Assembly (NCBI GenBank): GCA_002633005.1
Contig: NMRA01000005.1
Span: 1,222,101 to 1,286,100 of the forward strand
DNA from: Phoronis australis
Lineage: Eukaryota; Animalia; Phoronida
Reading direction: 5' to 3'
Length of the DNA stretch: 64,000 bases
Part shown: positions 43,413-55,644 of the stretch, in pieces
Numbering within the stretch: the stretch's first letter is position 1
Layout of the letters: every line of letters begins with the position of its first letter
Made by a program: the position numbers and the translations under genes
Notes under the pieces: generated by a model
Seen by the model: only the letters and a program-made list of their open reading frames with translations
What the model was told of the DNA's origin: nothing
Database searches by the model: none

Positions 43413-43653
43413 CAGGGCTTGGAATGACCAATGACAAAAAGAGGAAAATTTTCCAGTTAATATATCGTTCCATAAATAGGCTTGCGTGACAAATATTTTT
43501 TGTGTTGTAAAATTTAAGCAAAATAAATGCTTTTTCATGAATAAAGTTGAAACAATGATAAAATAGAGATGAAAAAGAGGAAATTGGAAATCAAATAGGA
43601 AATCTAAAAAAAAAACGGGAAATCCTCTTAAAAGAGGAAAATTCCAAGCCCTG
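43413..43653 (+). mobile_element. Family E MITE with 6-bp TSD
   Basis: ggttaa|cagggcttggaat ... attccaagccctg|ggttaa. Confidence 0.88.
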
Positions 43654-44972
43654 GGTTAACTGTCTGTTCGAAAGTATTGGCAGGACTGTATACCATTGGT
43701 CAGAAGTATTCCGCTCAGCGTAAAAACGACTTATGCAGTGAGACTTAATTCTCAGCATGTAAAGGTGATCTTAGTAAAGAGAAGTTTCACCTGATGCATC
43801 AAATATGTTAAAAGCACAAAATTAGCAATCAATTACAATTTTTGTATTTTTTCAAACCAGGCATATTTGCATTCGGCTTGGTCACTTACAAACATGCATT
43901 ACACACATACAGTGTACAGGTAGGAATATTCTGTCATCAAAACAGAACTGTACTTCAGGTAATGGCAACAGGAATATGAAGTGTTCGAGTGCTGTGATAA
44001 GTATAAGGGTATAATGACAATGAAGACATGTCACTGAAGTGACTAGTCACAATGTTTGCCCAACACTATCAAACATCAATCCAGTGAACCAACATTCTAC
44101 AATTGTTGGGGTTCAATTAATTTTCATTTTTTTCACTTAATTTTTTGCTGTTCAGAAATCACTGCATTGGGACAGAAGAATGCGCAATGCATATTTGAAA
44201 AACGCTTAACATGAGAAGTGGTACTTTTATGAACGGAAATACAGGAATATCACCTTCAAATGAAAGGGATGTTTTTATTTCTTTAGTTGCATTCCTTTCA
44301 ACTTATGCGGGTTGTTCGAACCTAGGTTTCATTCGTACAACTTCTAGTAAGTTACGACCCATGCCAAAAACAAATTCACTGAATAATAACCACATCCCGA
44401 ATTCACGTCTCTTCTTCAGCTGAGGTAGCTCGACTGCCAACACACTTCAGAGCCGAGTCACACAGTAAAGAACGATGTGTAGTACCCCACTCACTGTGCA
44501 ACAGTAAAGTTTCATTGGTATTACAATGACAACTTAATATTTATGAATTAAAATAGTGATAAACACTACCACAGCAAGAGAAGTACCCTCCGAATGCACG
44601 GCATCGTGGGTAAATATCCAACAATCAAAAGTGGCACTGTGGTATTTCTGGATAAGACTATTCACACAATGCTTTTGTAACAATTGGCAAACAATGGCCC
44701 AAGCTCCCTCAACTGAACTGGTAGAAAAATCAGAAATGCGCAGCCCAAAGCTTAAGTTGATTTTACTACTATGAACACCAGACACAAGAACGACTCTGCT
44801 ACAACTTCGCATGGTTATCAAGAAGGTTCATGCATCGCAATAACTCGATCATATCCAAACTATTAACTCAACTCCTCCTAAAGAGCTACTCAGGCAAATA
44901 ATTTACAAGTCTCCACAATTGACGTGAGAACCTCTTCAAATGTATGTACACAACAATCCTAACGTTCAGCAT

Positions 44973-45123
44973 TTAGATGATGATCTCGAAATCTCCAAGC
45001 TCGTCATCTGATGGTAGCTCCATTTTGCTAGGGTCTACGTACCACCTGTCTATGAGAGGTAAGCCTTCACGCTCTCTCCTGGCCAGTTCTATGTAGGCCT
45101 CACGCTGGGCCCACTCTTGTGCC
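44973..45123 (-). CDS. NDUFB11: NDUFB11 exon 3 (stop)
   Basis: Minus strand ttttcag|G GCA CAA GAG TGG ... ATC TAA; AQEWAQREAYIELARREREGLPLIDRWYVDPSKMELPSDDELGDFEIII*, the typical ESSS C-terminus. Confidence 0.95.
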
Positions 45124-45702
45124 CTGAAAAGGCAAAGCAAAGTTAAGTGATGTTTTCGTTATGAGTGGAAACCATTAACAGCTTGGATGTAATGATTCCA
45201 TTTGTGTTTATCTTTAAGAATTGTAATTACATTTACCATGCAAAGTAAGACAATTTGACTGACCAATCAAATCATGATAACCTGTAGGCATCAAATTCCG
45301 CCAATAAGAGACTTGTGAGAACAGACTGGGTGCCCTTTTAACCATAATAAAGCATAAAAATGGTTCCAGGTGATCAGTGCAATGGGCCCACATGAGCAAC
45401 TCGCGCATGTCTCGTACAACATGTATGAGACCACCTACAATTAATTTTATGCAAGAGCCACAGACACACCCGCGACCCTTGGTCCTTTGAAAGGAAAGAT
45501 CTCGCTTTAAGCCACAAAAACAAACGAAGTCACCTAGCACTAACTCCATCAAGTGTTGGGCAAGAGAACCAACCCATAGTACTTCACCTACAGTAAAAAA
45601 ACAATGCAATCAGACGAAATACAGTTTTCGCCGTCACAACGGCAAATTCTGATACGACGGCAAAAACTCTAATTACAGAATGACTCATCCACCTATTAAT
45701 CA

Positions 45703-45807
45703 CCCTTCATTCTCAGTCATCAGGGGAGACTACTCTGAAGATGAATTCCACTTCTGCCCTGCCCTCATGATGGGGGAATTCTGGGTCATTTTGTCTGGGT
45801 AGTTTTG
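45703..45807 (+). repeat. Dispersed repeat (second copy at about 61958-62053)
   Basis: cccttcattctcagtcatcag..gagactactctga...ggtcattttgtc is shared by both copies. Confidence 0.75.
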
Positions 45808-46037
45808 AAGAAATAACGTAACGTCAACAAACTTGCTACTGCCCAACTAATATAACAGCTAAGTAGCATTACAGTGGACACTTACACTGGCACACCTGAG
45901 TGAGACCAGTCCCGTGAAGCCATTATTACCAATTCCAGAAATAACTTCTAGCCTTGGTAATGACCAAACCAATACCAATACCAATACCATGGTAAATAAT
46001 CTGTTATTTGGACTTCAATAACACATTTCTCATAACA

Positions 46038-46281
46038 CAAGGCTTGGAACGACCAATGACAAAAAGAGGAAAATATCCCAGGTAATGCATCATTCCACAA
46101 TTAAATAGGTTCATGCAATAGAGATATTTTTTGTTTTGTAAAATTTAACTGAAATAAACATTTCCGTCAAAATAATGATAAAAAAGGGAGGAAAAGATGG
46201 AAACTGGAAATCAAGTAAGAGGAAATAGAAATCAAACAAAGGAAAATTAATACTCTTAAAAGGGCAAAATTCCAAGCACTG
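46038..46281 (+). mobile_element. Family E MITE with 6-bp TSD, in NDUFB11 intron 2
   Basis: ataaca|caaggcttggaa ... ttccaagcactg|ataacc; collinear with 43413-43653. Confidence 0.85.
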
Positions 46282-46318
46282 ATAACCAATGCATTGTCCC
46301 GACCACGCTGATATCTAC

Positions 46319-46452
46319 CTATAGTCAGGTTGATAAGCTAATATAAAACCCCCGATGCAGAAGACGCCCGTCAGAAGTGCAAACATGAAGCCTCTGTGTA
46401 ACCACAAATCTTCTTCTTTATCATCCAATCTGTAGCCGAAGGAAATCCAGTT
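46319..46452 (-). CDS. NDUFB11: NDUFB11 exon 2 (transmembrane helix)
   Basis: Minus strand tttcag|AAC TGG ATT ... TAT AG|gtagat; NWISFGYRLDDKEEDLWLHRGFMFALLTGVFCIGGFILAYQPDY. Confidence 0.95.
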
Positions 46453-46810
46453 CTGAAAGCATCAAACACAGTGACCATATAATTACTGGATCTCATAAAT
46501 TTAATATAAGTCGGGAGATGGCAAAATAAAAACACAAGCCAAGGCTTCTCAAACCACCAAAGGGTTGAAAATCAATATGAAAACTCAATAAAAAAATAAA
46601 ATTGAAACAGAAATGGCTCTCTTCACGATTTTGTTGATGGAGTGAAGTACCATTCAGAAAAAAATTGAGTATTTTGTGTGTATTTGTACGACCTGGAAGA
46701 ACTTAACGACTCCAAGTACCTCCAAAGATGTTCATCCATACTTAAAAGGTGCAGAATTTTCAGAAAATCGTCTGGCATACAGGCTGGATTAAGATCTGCC
46801 TGTGATACAC

Positions 46811-47719
46811 AGGCACCTTTAATCTGCCCTCAACTGTACACTAAATAAAGAGAAAGGTATACTACTGCTATTCACTATGGCCAGCCGCCAGGCACTTCCG
46901 GAATAACTCAAAGCATGTCAAATCTGGGAGTAATTTAAGTCAGATTTTTTCTGCGACTGCAGCATTTCACTAGTTACATTTGTTAACATCGAAACCAATA
47001 AATTCCATAAATAACTTCAGATTTTCCTAGTTCAATCGGCAACATTCACGGCAAAGCGTAGATCCCGAAATGTGCCAAATGGCATCAACTAATGCGCATG
47101 CTCATAAGGCCCCTCGGCCCCTCATAACATCTTCAGAACTCTTACATCAACTAAAAACAGCAACATTACGCCAGGGGCACGCTGATTTGGTACAAGAAAA
47201 ATAGGTCAACATTTCAAGTGGACCTTCCAATTTGCTTCCATTTGTCTAAATCATTATGCTTGTATGTGAATTAATTATTGTATTTGGTTATTGTATTGTA
47301 TTTAGTTGTTGTATTGGATTTGAGTGTAAACAATAACATTGTAGTGTGAACTGCGCCATCAGTTTACTCTGCCTCTACTGTTGATGCAAGCATTCTGAAG
47401 ATGTTGCAAGGGGCCTTATGAGCATGCGCATTAGTTGATGCCAATTGGCACATTTCGAGACCTATGCTTTGCCATGAATGTTGCCACTTGAACTAGGAAA
47501 ATCTGGAGGTATTTATGGTATTTATTTGTTTCGATATCAACAAATGTAACTAGTGAACGTGTTGTTGTCGCAGATAAAATGCTTGACTTAAATTATTCTC
47601 AGATTTGACGTGCTTGGAGTTATTCCGGAAGTGCCCCACAGGCAGCCATATTGGATAGCAGTTGTATACTATTTTTTCCTTTATTATAGTATATCATTGT
47701 GGCCTGATAAAGGTGCCTA
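46811..47719. mobile_element. Foldback element with inverted arms of about 325 bp, in NDUFB11 intron 1
   Basis: Arm 46811-47138 is an imperfect reverse complement of 47393-47719 (aggcaccttta...catcttcagaa / ttctgaagatg...taaaggtgcct). Confidence 0.85.
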
Positions 47720-47772
47720 TGCTGCGGTATGATGTCATATCCCCTGGCATTTGCTACTGAAAACATGGCCGG

Positions 47773-47890
47773 CACTGGTCGGATATAGCAGTCCCTAATT
47801 TAGAGAACCAGTTTCATCCACTGAATAATGGGCCCGTTATTCAATGATAACCTGGTTCTCTAAAACAAGGACCACTATATCCGACTAGTG
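47773..47890. repeat. Loopless palindromic MITE-like element
   Basis: cactggtcggatatag...tgaataatgggcccgttattca...ctatatccgactagtg. Confidence 0.8.
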
Positions 47891-48145
47891 GCAACATAGC
47901 TAGTTTCTAATTTTGGGAGGAACTGAACGAAGCCAAGGTCAAGACTTAAGGACCGCTTGAAGTACGCTCGAAGAAAAAGTTTGATAACGGGAGTATTTGT
48001 TCAAGCTGGAAGCAATTAAAGACATCGACGGCCTTGTAATGTGCTCACAAGGTACTTATAACAACGCAGTTTCACCGTCTCTACTGAACTGGCCAGCTAG
48101 AGACAGTCATTGACATTGGTCACTGTCTCTCAAAGTCAAACTTAC

Positions 48146-48334
48146 CGGATCCTCCACGTCTGACTGTGGCTCGAAAGTCTGTGGTTTTTCTAAAGGTCCT
48201 GTTACTGTAGCTGAATCTTTTGTTTTTTTGGACGTTGAAATGAAACATGCTGGTTGAATGTGACGACAAGTTCGAGTGCTCTGCGCAATCATTAAACTGG
48301 TTCTCCGCAAAGCAACTCTACATAGCGACGCCAT
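48146..48334 (-). CDS. NDUFB11: NDUFB11 exon 1 (mitochondrial targeting peptide)
   Basis: ATG in caagATGGcg context; MASLCRVALRRTSLMIAQSTRTCRHIQPACFISTSKKTKD...EDP|gtaag; Arg/Ser-rich presequence; phase 0 joins exon 2; 157 aa in total. Confidence 0.93.
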
Positions 48335-48338
48335 CTTG
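48327..48338 (-). promoter_or_regulatory. TISU/YY1-like element overlapping the NDUFB11 start codon
   Basis: Minus strand CAAGATGGCGTC matches the TISU consensus SAASATGGCGGC at 11 of 12 positions. Confidence 0.55.
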
Positions 48339-48749
48339 GAGGGTAATGGCAATCTTGTCTTGTAAAGAACTACCAACTCCCATTGTTTTAGAACGAAGTT
48401 TGTAATTCCAAAAGAAAGTTTTGTTACTAATAAGTATATTTTTCATTAGTAAATAGGCTTTTAAGAGCATTCAAAAGGCTTGAAGCATATCATTGTGCTG
48501 TTAACTTGGAAATTATTTTTGTACTGTATTACATGACTTTTAGTGAAGTTTTATTCTCCGTACACTTTAAAGATATTTTCGTAAAAAAATCAATTGTTTT
48601 GTTGAAAAAAATTGTTTTCTTTTGTAAGAAAACATGCCTGTTGACCTATATGAACTAAAAATAACGACAGAGGAAAGCAATCTAAATATATTGCCAGTGT
48701 GTTATAACGATATATCTAATAAGTGAAAGTTTCCGTCACTTTTGTCAAA

Positions 48750-48759
48750 TCCCGCCAAA
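48750..48759 (-). promoter_or_regulatory. E2F-like site in the NDUFB11/ATRIP divergent intergenic region
   Basis: TTTGGCGGGA on the minus strand, about 420 bp from the NDUFB11 ATG. Confidence 0.45.
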
Positions 48760-50510
48760 CACGATTTCCTGTTTTCGTCTGTCAAAGGGTTATGAAGTTT
48801 CCGTCTGAAACATAGGCAAACACTGAGCTGTAAGTCATGTTTAAGAACCCGTGCTTTGTAAGATCTTCTGCGTTTATAATGCATTGGTGTAGGATGTGCA
48901 GCGTCCGACGCTAAGAAAACACCAGGCCATAATCGCAACAACGCCTCGGCGCTAGTGAGTCCCGCTAGTGCCCAGTGTTCACGAGAGTTTATTCTTGATC
49001 TTTGAGAAGACACCTCTCACTCACTCTCTGTATGTGTAATAAAGGGAATGCACCTGTCCTCAAATATTGCAGTCAATGAATGATCTCGAATCAAAAGTCA
49101 TGCTGCAGCCAAATATAGTAGTGTATCGTCAGAGGTCCTAAAGACTTTATTACCTAAAGTCGTGAGTGCCCTAAAGTTGTGAACAATCTTATTTTCTCTT
49201 CTGCCCAGTCCCGCGACATCAGGCGTTGATGTTTCCAGCGTTCGTCTGCTTACGAACATCAAACGAATATCCAGACGTGTTGGTATTCACGATATCAAAC
49301 AGTGAGTGAGTGGCTTCTTTTTTCAAATGTATCTTTAAAACAGTATATATCACTAATCCACTTTTTGTGCATTTTTGGGATGTAATTTTGAAAATATTCA
49401 TCCTTCAGATTTACTCAAACACGCGCTCCAGGGGTAGCTTGAACAATGTATCAATACGTCCCAGGGTCAATCAAGTTTTGTAAGGCCAAAGCAATAAAAT
49501 ACAGAGAGATAATTGATGCTGGGTTCTTTGCGTTTTATTGAAAAACCTCATTGAAAACATCTGTGCACATCAAAGTTGGGTGTAAACATAAAACATATAT
49601 AACAATTAATTTCAATTGAAACTGAATTAATAAACAATGCAATGCATTTTTATGTCGTCTAGAGTAACTGTAAGCACTGTAGTTGACTTGTGTGGTCTTA
49701 CTTCGTGCATTTCCGTCTAATCGAAACGGTCACGACTTTAGGGCCTCATTCAAAATGGCCGGCGATATCAGCGACCATTTCAAAACTTTGCTTACGGAGG
49801 CAAACGAGGATTTAGATTGTCAAAACACGTATATTTGGGAAGGCTGATATATGTCCATGACATCAAATGAGCAGTTGCTAACGGACATTAGGTAGTATGA
49901 CAATCAGCTGCTTATCATGTTTATTCACGACTTTAGGTCACCGGTGTGTACTAGTACTAGACTGTACCACCGTCTCGGTAAGAGTACGGTGTCGGTGGCC
50001 ATCTCACATAGCCACACCATACGGTGGAAGCTTTTTGGTGAATTATGTCTCGCGTTGATTAAACCACCAAAGTCATATTGCTATAAGTACCTTTTGCACA
50101 TCATATCCCCTGGCACAAGTAGTGTGTAAATGGCCAGTTGGCGATTTGGGCAACTGAGCGTAGTACTATTCGTGAAAAGCTTGATTGCGGGAGTATTTGT
50201 TCGAGGTGCAAAGATTTAAAGACATCAACGGCCTCTTGAGGTGTCCGTCCGTGTGCAAAAGTTACTTATAACATCAAGACGTTGATTGTTCAATCATTAT
50301 GAGGCATTATTCGCCAAAAAGCTTCCGTCATATGGAGGGCCTATCAGATGTCTCTACTGCGTCCAGTTGAAACGATGGTACTGTCTAAGAGTACTAGTAG
50401 GTAGCGATTGACAAGCATGTTACTGTGTATTGTAGCGAGTTTCAGAACACCGCGAGACTTCATTTGGAATGGAGGAAAGATGTATTCCCTGTAATGTATT
50501 CCCTGTATTA

Positions 50511-52858
50511 CCGTAATCGTTCGGGTTAACGCCCATGCTCAGTTAACCGCCCATCCCCGACTTTAAGTGGATTTTCGATTTAACCGCCCACTGCTCGGTT
50601 AAGCGCCCATCCCCGACTTTTAAAGAATGAAGATTTAGCGCCTAGTTCTAAGGAAACGCGCGATTCCCCGACTTTTAGAAAAAGATCGATGATGGCAATG
50701 AGTGCAACGACGCCGGGACTCCGAGACGGTGGTTTAGCAATCTGAATTATAATACAAGTAACGAGTTATTGTCTTGGGTTATGAACTCACTTCAAAACAT
50801 AATACTCGAACCTTTTTGTCACTTTATTTTCTTCCCTTGTTTGCAAAGTTTAAGAACGCCGCCGGGGTCAAAACCTCCGCTTTTAGCGACTTTGTCTGCC
50901 GCGCTGAGTTTCCGTCTGCAGTGCACTAGATAAAACATATATTCGAAAAAATCAGGCTAGAGAAATGTGACAATGGTTTTGCCAACCCTCCAAATTCTAT
51001 TAATGTGGGAAGCTCTCGTATTTTGAATAAATCTCACAACTCACGGAAAGATGTCAAATTCTCAATATTTTGATGAATATAACTGCCGGGTTATAGAGGA
51101 TGTGGGGCGACCGAAGGGACAGTACAAGTGCCTTACTGGGTTACCGATTTCGTTGCTGCCTGTCGATTTCTGAATTCAAACGTTGGCAATAATGTATGTT
51201 TGTGTATGATCTTGAAGTAATAAAAAACGGCTAGTCAAATTTTGTTTTTCGCTTATTGCATCTCAGTCAAACTGGTTAGCAATGTCGCTGGCTGTTCTTT
51301 ACTATTTCTTGCGTCAGCCCCCACAAAAAAGCGTGACTGTGTGAATTATCGTTTCCACATCCCCTTTTTAGCCATCCAGAATAATTTTGTTTATACATTG
51401 GCCATTTTCAGCCTGAACAAAAATTCTTACCATTCGAGTCTGAAATATCTACGACGTAGACTGCTTGACGATAGTGGGTAGGAGATTCACGCAGCTAGTT
51501 ACAGGGATGGGCTTAGGGAGCATCGAGCCGGGAAATATGGGAATAGACTTGACATCGCAGTTTTGGGGAACATTGCCAACGGAGGAATATCGTAAAGAAC
51601 TGGGTCTTTCGTAACAATAGCTTAAAAGTACATAGTCACGCCCGTTTTTGTTACTTCGTCGGACTGTCGCTATGTGTGACCGATTTGTAGTGGTGCACGT
51701 GCGCAAGTTCCCACACTTTGGAGTGCATGTTACCTTGACACTAACATGTGATTGACAGGTGACTCACGTAGGCCCTACGTGCGTGCTGAATACCGCCACT
51801 GTCTTTGGCCATGAAAAGCGAGATGCATATTGAAAGAGGCCGTAAAATTACTTGACGGCATTTCTAAGTCATGATTGTCAGCCGACTGAGACAATGCGCA
51901 ATAACAGCGGGACCGAACAGTGCCGCAGTGCGATATTACAAGTGATATAAATAGGATAATCTGGACATCTTGCATGAAAAATAAATGTTTTTCCACCACG
52001 AAGTTTGGTAAGGTGATCGTTTAGAATAATGAATTGAAACATTGCTGTTTTCTGACATTTTGTAACATACTTATGCAGTTGCTTGAAATTTTATTCTTGA
52101 TCGACGTCTAGCTCGACCACCCCCGATCCTTGTCTTACTTCTTTGCATAGCATGTTTGGCGCAACGGCAAGAGAGCAATGCCGGGCTGTCGAGATAAGAC
52201 AGCTAGCCGCAGAACCATACGCTGAAAATGTCATTGAGTCACGGAGTGTCGACTATAACATCCCAAACACAAAAAAACAGCTGAGTTAAGTTTTTCAAAC
52301 TTTTATTACAACCAATTTTAAAACTGCTCTCTGACTCAGAACTTGACAGCTACATATAGTACGAGAATGTAACCATAAATTTGATGTCTGACCTCTGCAA
52401 CACGTGAAGCTTGCACGCGCGCACTTAAGCAGGGTCACATCTTGAAACAGTTTTAATTCTAGTGGAGGCTGCATGGTGACTGGTCGTCTGCGCACTGCAA
52501 GACGGCACGTAGGCAATGACCATCGGCACGGGGCTATTACTCAGCAATTTTGTAAATTTACTAGTGAATGACTAATCTGAGGGCAAGAGAACCTTTGTTG
52601 GGATCATCCGCTGTTATGACGTTTTCACAGTCATTTGGCGACGTGACGATAAAGCTCTTTGAAAAGGGCTAGGCGTTCCGAGTATGATTGTCGTGTCGGG
52701 ATTTAGATCGCCAGGTAAGATTAACCGCCCAGGGCGGTTGTCTGTCGTAATAAGCGCCCATGTTCGATTTAACCGCCTACTGCTCAGTTAACTGCCCTCC
52801 CCCGATTTTTTGGATTCGCCAATTTAACCGCCCAGGGCGTTAACCCGAACGATTACGG
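50511..52858 (+). mobile_element. Family A full-length non-autonomous element (2.35 kb, TA TSD)
   Basis: ta|ccgtaatcgttcgggttaacgccc ... gggcgttaacccgaacgattacgg|ta, a perfect 24-bp TIR; no transposase ORF. Confidence 0.92.
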
Positions 52859-53355
52859 TATATATGATGATGGTGTATGGGGGATGTGCTCATTAGAAAT
52901 GGAAAATAATTCCCATTGTCACAACTGCTGGCGAGTTGAGTAAACAGGACAGGTCACCAATTCCAAGTTTAGGCAATACTTCACATGAACCTACCACACG
53001 TGCCCTTTCAAGACACTCCTTCACCTTCTGTGGAACAATGGTGGTGCCTAGTATCAGATTTTAGCAACACTCCCAGAATTCTGGATCATCCCCACTCAGG
53101 TCACCTCTGATAAGTATCACATAAACTTTCATTTAGTACTGATGAAACCGTATCCATCATTTGGCTGTAAAGTGATGCCCCTTATAATAATAATAATAAT
53201 AATTGTCATGAACTCAAAACATTGAATTGCTGCTACGATCACAGCATCAATATTTAGGAGTTGATGTTCAAATTTAAATAAAAACACACCAGTGTTTATC
53301 TTTGCCATATCATTGTTATTTTACAGGTCCATGGTCTTAAAAGAAAGGTCTACGA

Positions 53356-53908
53356 ATGACTGCCAACCCATTGTTTTCAAGCTTCAAAAGTTTGGGTACC
53401 GGCTCCGCAATGAGTCGGAATACTAACTACCGAGACTGTGTATATGAACCACCAGACAAACGACAGAGGAGGCAAATGAACAGTGATAGTTTGTGGGGCA
53501 GTGATGACGAACTTGGAATCACGGACGAACAGATGATTGATTTTGAAATAATGGCGTCACAAGCTATGGTTACTAGTACACCGCGGAGTACTGTGCCTGG
53601 CTCCAATATTATGACCAGTGCAAAGTCTACTGGAAACCATTACTATGGCAACAGAGGGGCAACAAAAGTGTGTCCCAGTAGCAATGGCTCAAAACCAGTC
53701 CGGCAGACTAACACAATGGACACAAGTCTACTGGGTAGAAACCAAAGTGTTGCAAGCACCAGTGATAACAATGGTAAGAATAGGTGGTCTTTAAGTAGTG
53801 TGGGAGAATCAAAGCCAGGAAGGGATAGTGGTTATTTATCGCAAGCCACTAAGACGTTTTCCAAAGTGCAGTCCAACGTTAGCCAGAGAATTGACCAAGC
53901 AATAAAAG
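53356..53908 (+). CDS. ATRIP: ATR-interacting protein (ATRIP), first coding exon
   Basis: Acceptor ttttacag at 53326; in-frame stop upstream of the ATG; EPPDKRQRR...WGSDDELGITDEQMIDFEIMASQA resembles the ATRIP N-terminal basic motif plus acidic RPA-binding segment ending in ASQA; donor AAA G|gtgagc. The start codon choice (53356 or 53410) is uncertain. Confidence 0.8.
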
Positions 53909-53915
53909 GTGAGCC

Positions 53916-54148
53916 TGTAAATAATGAACCTCACAGAGTATTCTGAAAGGATAGATGCCATTTGTTAAATGGCTTGTAGAAAGCGTGATGTTGTTTGTGC
54001 ACAGTGTATGGATCTGTTATGTGTTGCCAGTGTAAATAATGAACCTCACAGAGTATTCTGAAAGGATAGATGCCATTTGTTAAATGGCTTGTAGAAAGCG
54101 TGATGTTGTTTGTGCACAGTGTATGGAGCTGTTATGTGTTGCCAGTGT
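53916..54148 (+). repeat. 115-bp tandem duplication in an ATRIP intron
   Basis: Copies start at 53916 and 54031 and are near-identical. Confidence 0.92.
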
Positions 54149-54411
54149 GAAAAATACTGCATTCAAGTTATAATTTTATTTTTAATTTAATCTCCAAATC
54201 CTGTATTACAATGGCTTTAAGAGGGGGATATGAATTTCATTTGTTGGTTTTTGATTTTACAATGAATCGTGGTTGTTCATAGATTTTGTTATCTCTTTTT
54301 GATATGTATTGACGAAAAGCTCTAATACTGGGGAACTAGCTCATAGTGGTTGTGAATGTAGTATCCTTGGAGTCCCATTAAAACTTGCCTTACGAATTGT
54401 TTTGCATCTAG

Positions 54412-54518
54412 GGTCCAAACCCCCGGACTCTCACATTCCACAGGACCAAGCTGTTGCTGATGGAAACTCAAGTTTTTCCAACATTCTCCAGAAGGAAGTG
54501 GCCAGGCTCAAAGAAGAG
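54412..54518 (+). CDS. ATRIP: ATRIP exon (start of coiled coil)
   Basis: catctag|GG TCC AAA ... GAA GAG|gttagt; phase 1-0 consistent with neighbours; ...NILQKEVARLKEE. Confidence 0.78.
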
Positions 54519-54875
54519 GTTAGTTTTAATCACTTATCAGAAGTATGGTTTGCTGTAAAACTGTTTGAAGTTTTATTATATTTTTCTGTTTGTGTTCATG
54601 ATATAAGATGGAATTCTGATCATTAGTATTTGTATTAGACTTGATGAGTGTGTAGGACTTTGAAAGCTTATTGTACTCATCTTTGGGAGAAATTAATTTA
54701 AAACTGTTACGCAATTTTTTTGCATAAGTGATAAAAATGTGATGGTGCGTTGATTATAAGCAAATACTACACACTAGGTCTTCACCTGTTTAGCTGTATG
54801 GCAGACAAGAAAAATTTTAGTTTGTCAAATTTTGCAACTAAAGTAATTTGGTTTGCAGTGTACAGATGGCTGTTT

Positions 54876-55006
54876 AAGTTTACAATATTTACACTTGTAG
54901 GTAAAGTTTATGATATTTACACTTGTAGGTAAAGTTTACAATATTTACACTTGTAGATAAAGTTTACAATATTTAAACTTGTAAAGTTTACAATATTTAC
55001 ACTTGA
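54876..55006 (+). repeat. About 28-bp AT-rich minisatellite
   Basis: aagtttacaatatttacacttgtaggta, about 5 copies. Confidence 0.85.
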
Positions 55007-55644
55007 AGTTAATCAGCCTTTGGAAAATAAAAATATGACAATTTTGGAAATTATTTTTGTGCGAAATAAGTAAAGAACTATTGCACTACTTTTGAATTAC
55101 TGAGAGATAGAACTTTTTATTAATATGCTAATTAAGCGTGCGAAAATGACAAGCATTTCTTCCCACGATGGTGTCAGTTTTAACATTCACTCGGAGTAGT
55201 GGAACATGCTGCGTTTGAAATGAAGTTGTCATATTTTAGGGGGTTCGTCAGCTCCATAATTTTCTGAAATGTTTTTTTATTGTTAAATGCTCTAGATGTT
55301 TTCTGTGTCCAACTATAAAATGAAGTTCAATCATGGCAAGGACATTTTAATCAACTGATTTTGTAATTTTCATTACGATTTTTGAATTAACAGTTACTTA
55401 AGATCAAATGATTCAGTGAAGTTGTAAGTAACTTACCTTTTAGGTGATATGTGGTAACTGTGTAGTATATCATGTTTTAACCTTTAAATCTTAGGTGTTT
55501 GCTGTTGTAAATTATGTAAGTATTTTTATTGATAATTTATCTGATAATTTTCATTGGTGTCAGAACACTTTTCGACGGAAGACTGCAGACCTCCAACAGA
55601 TGAAAATATTGCCTACTTATGTCAGCCGTTCATGTTGCATTCAG

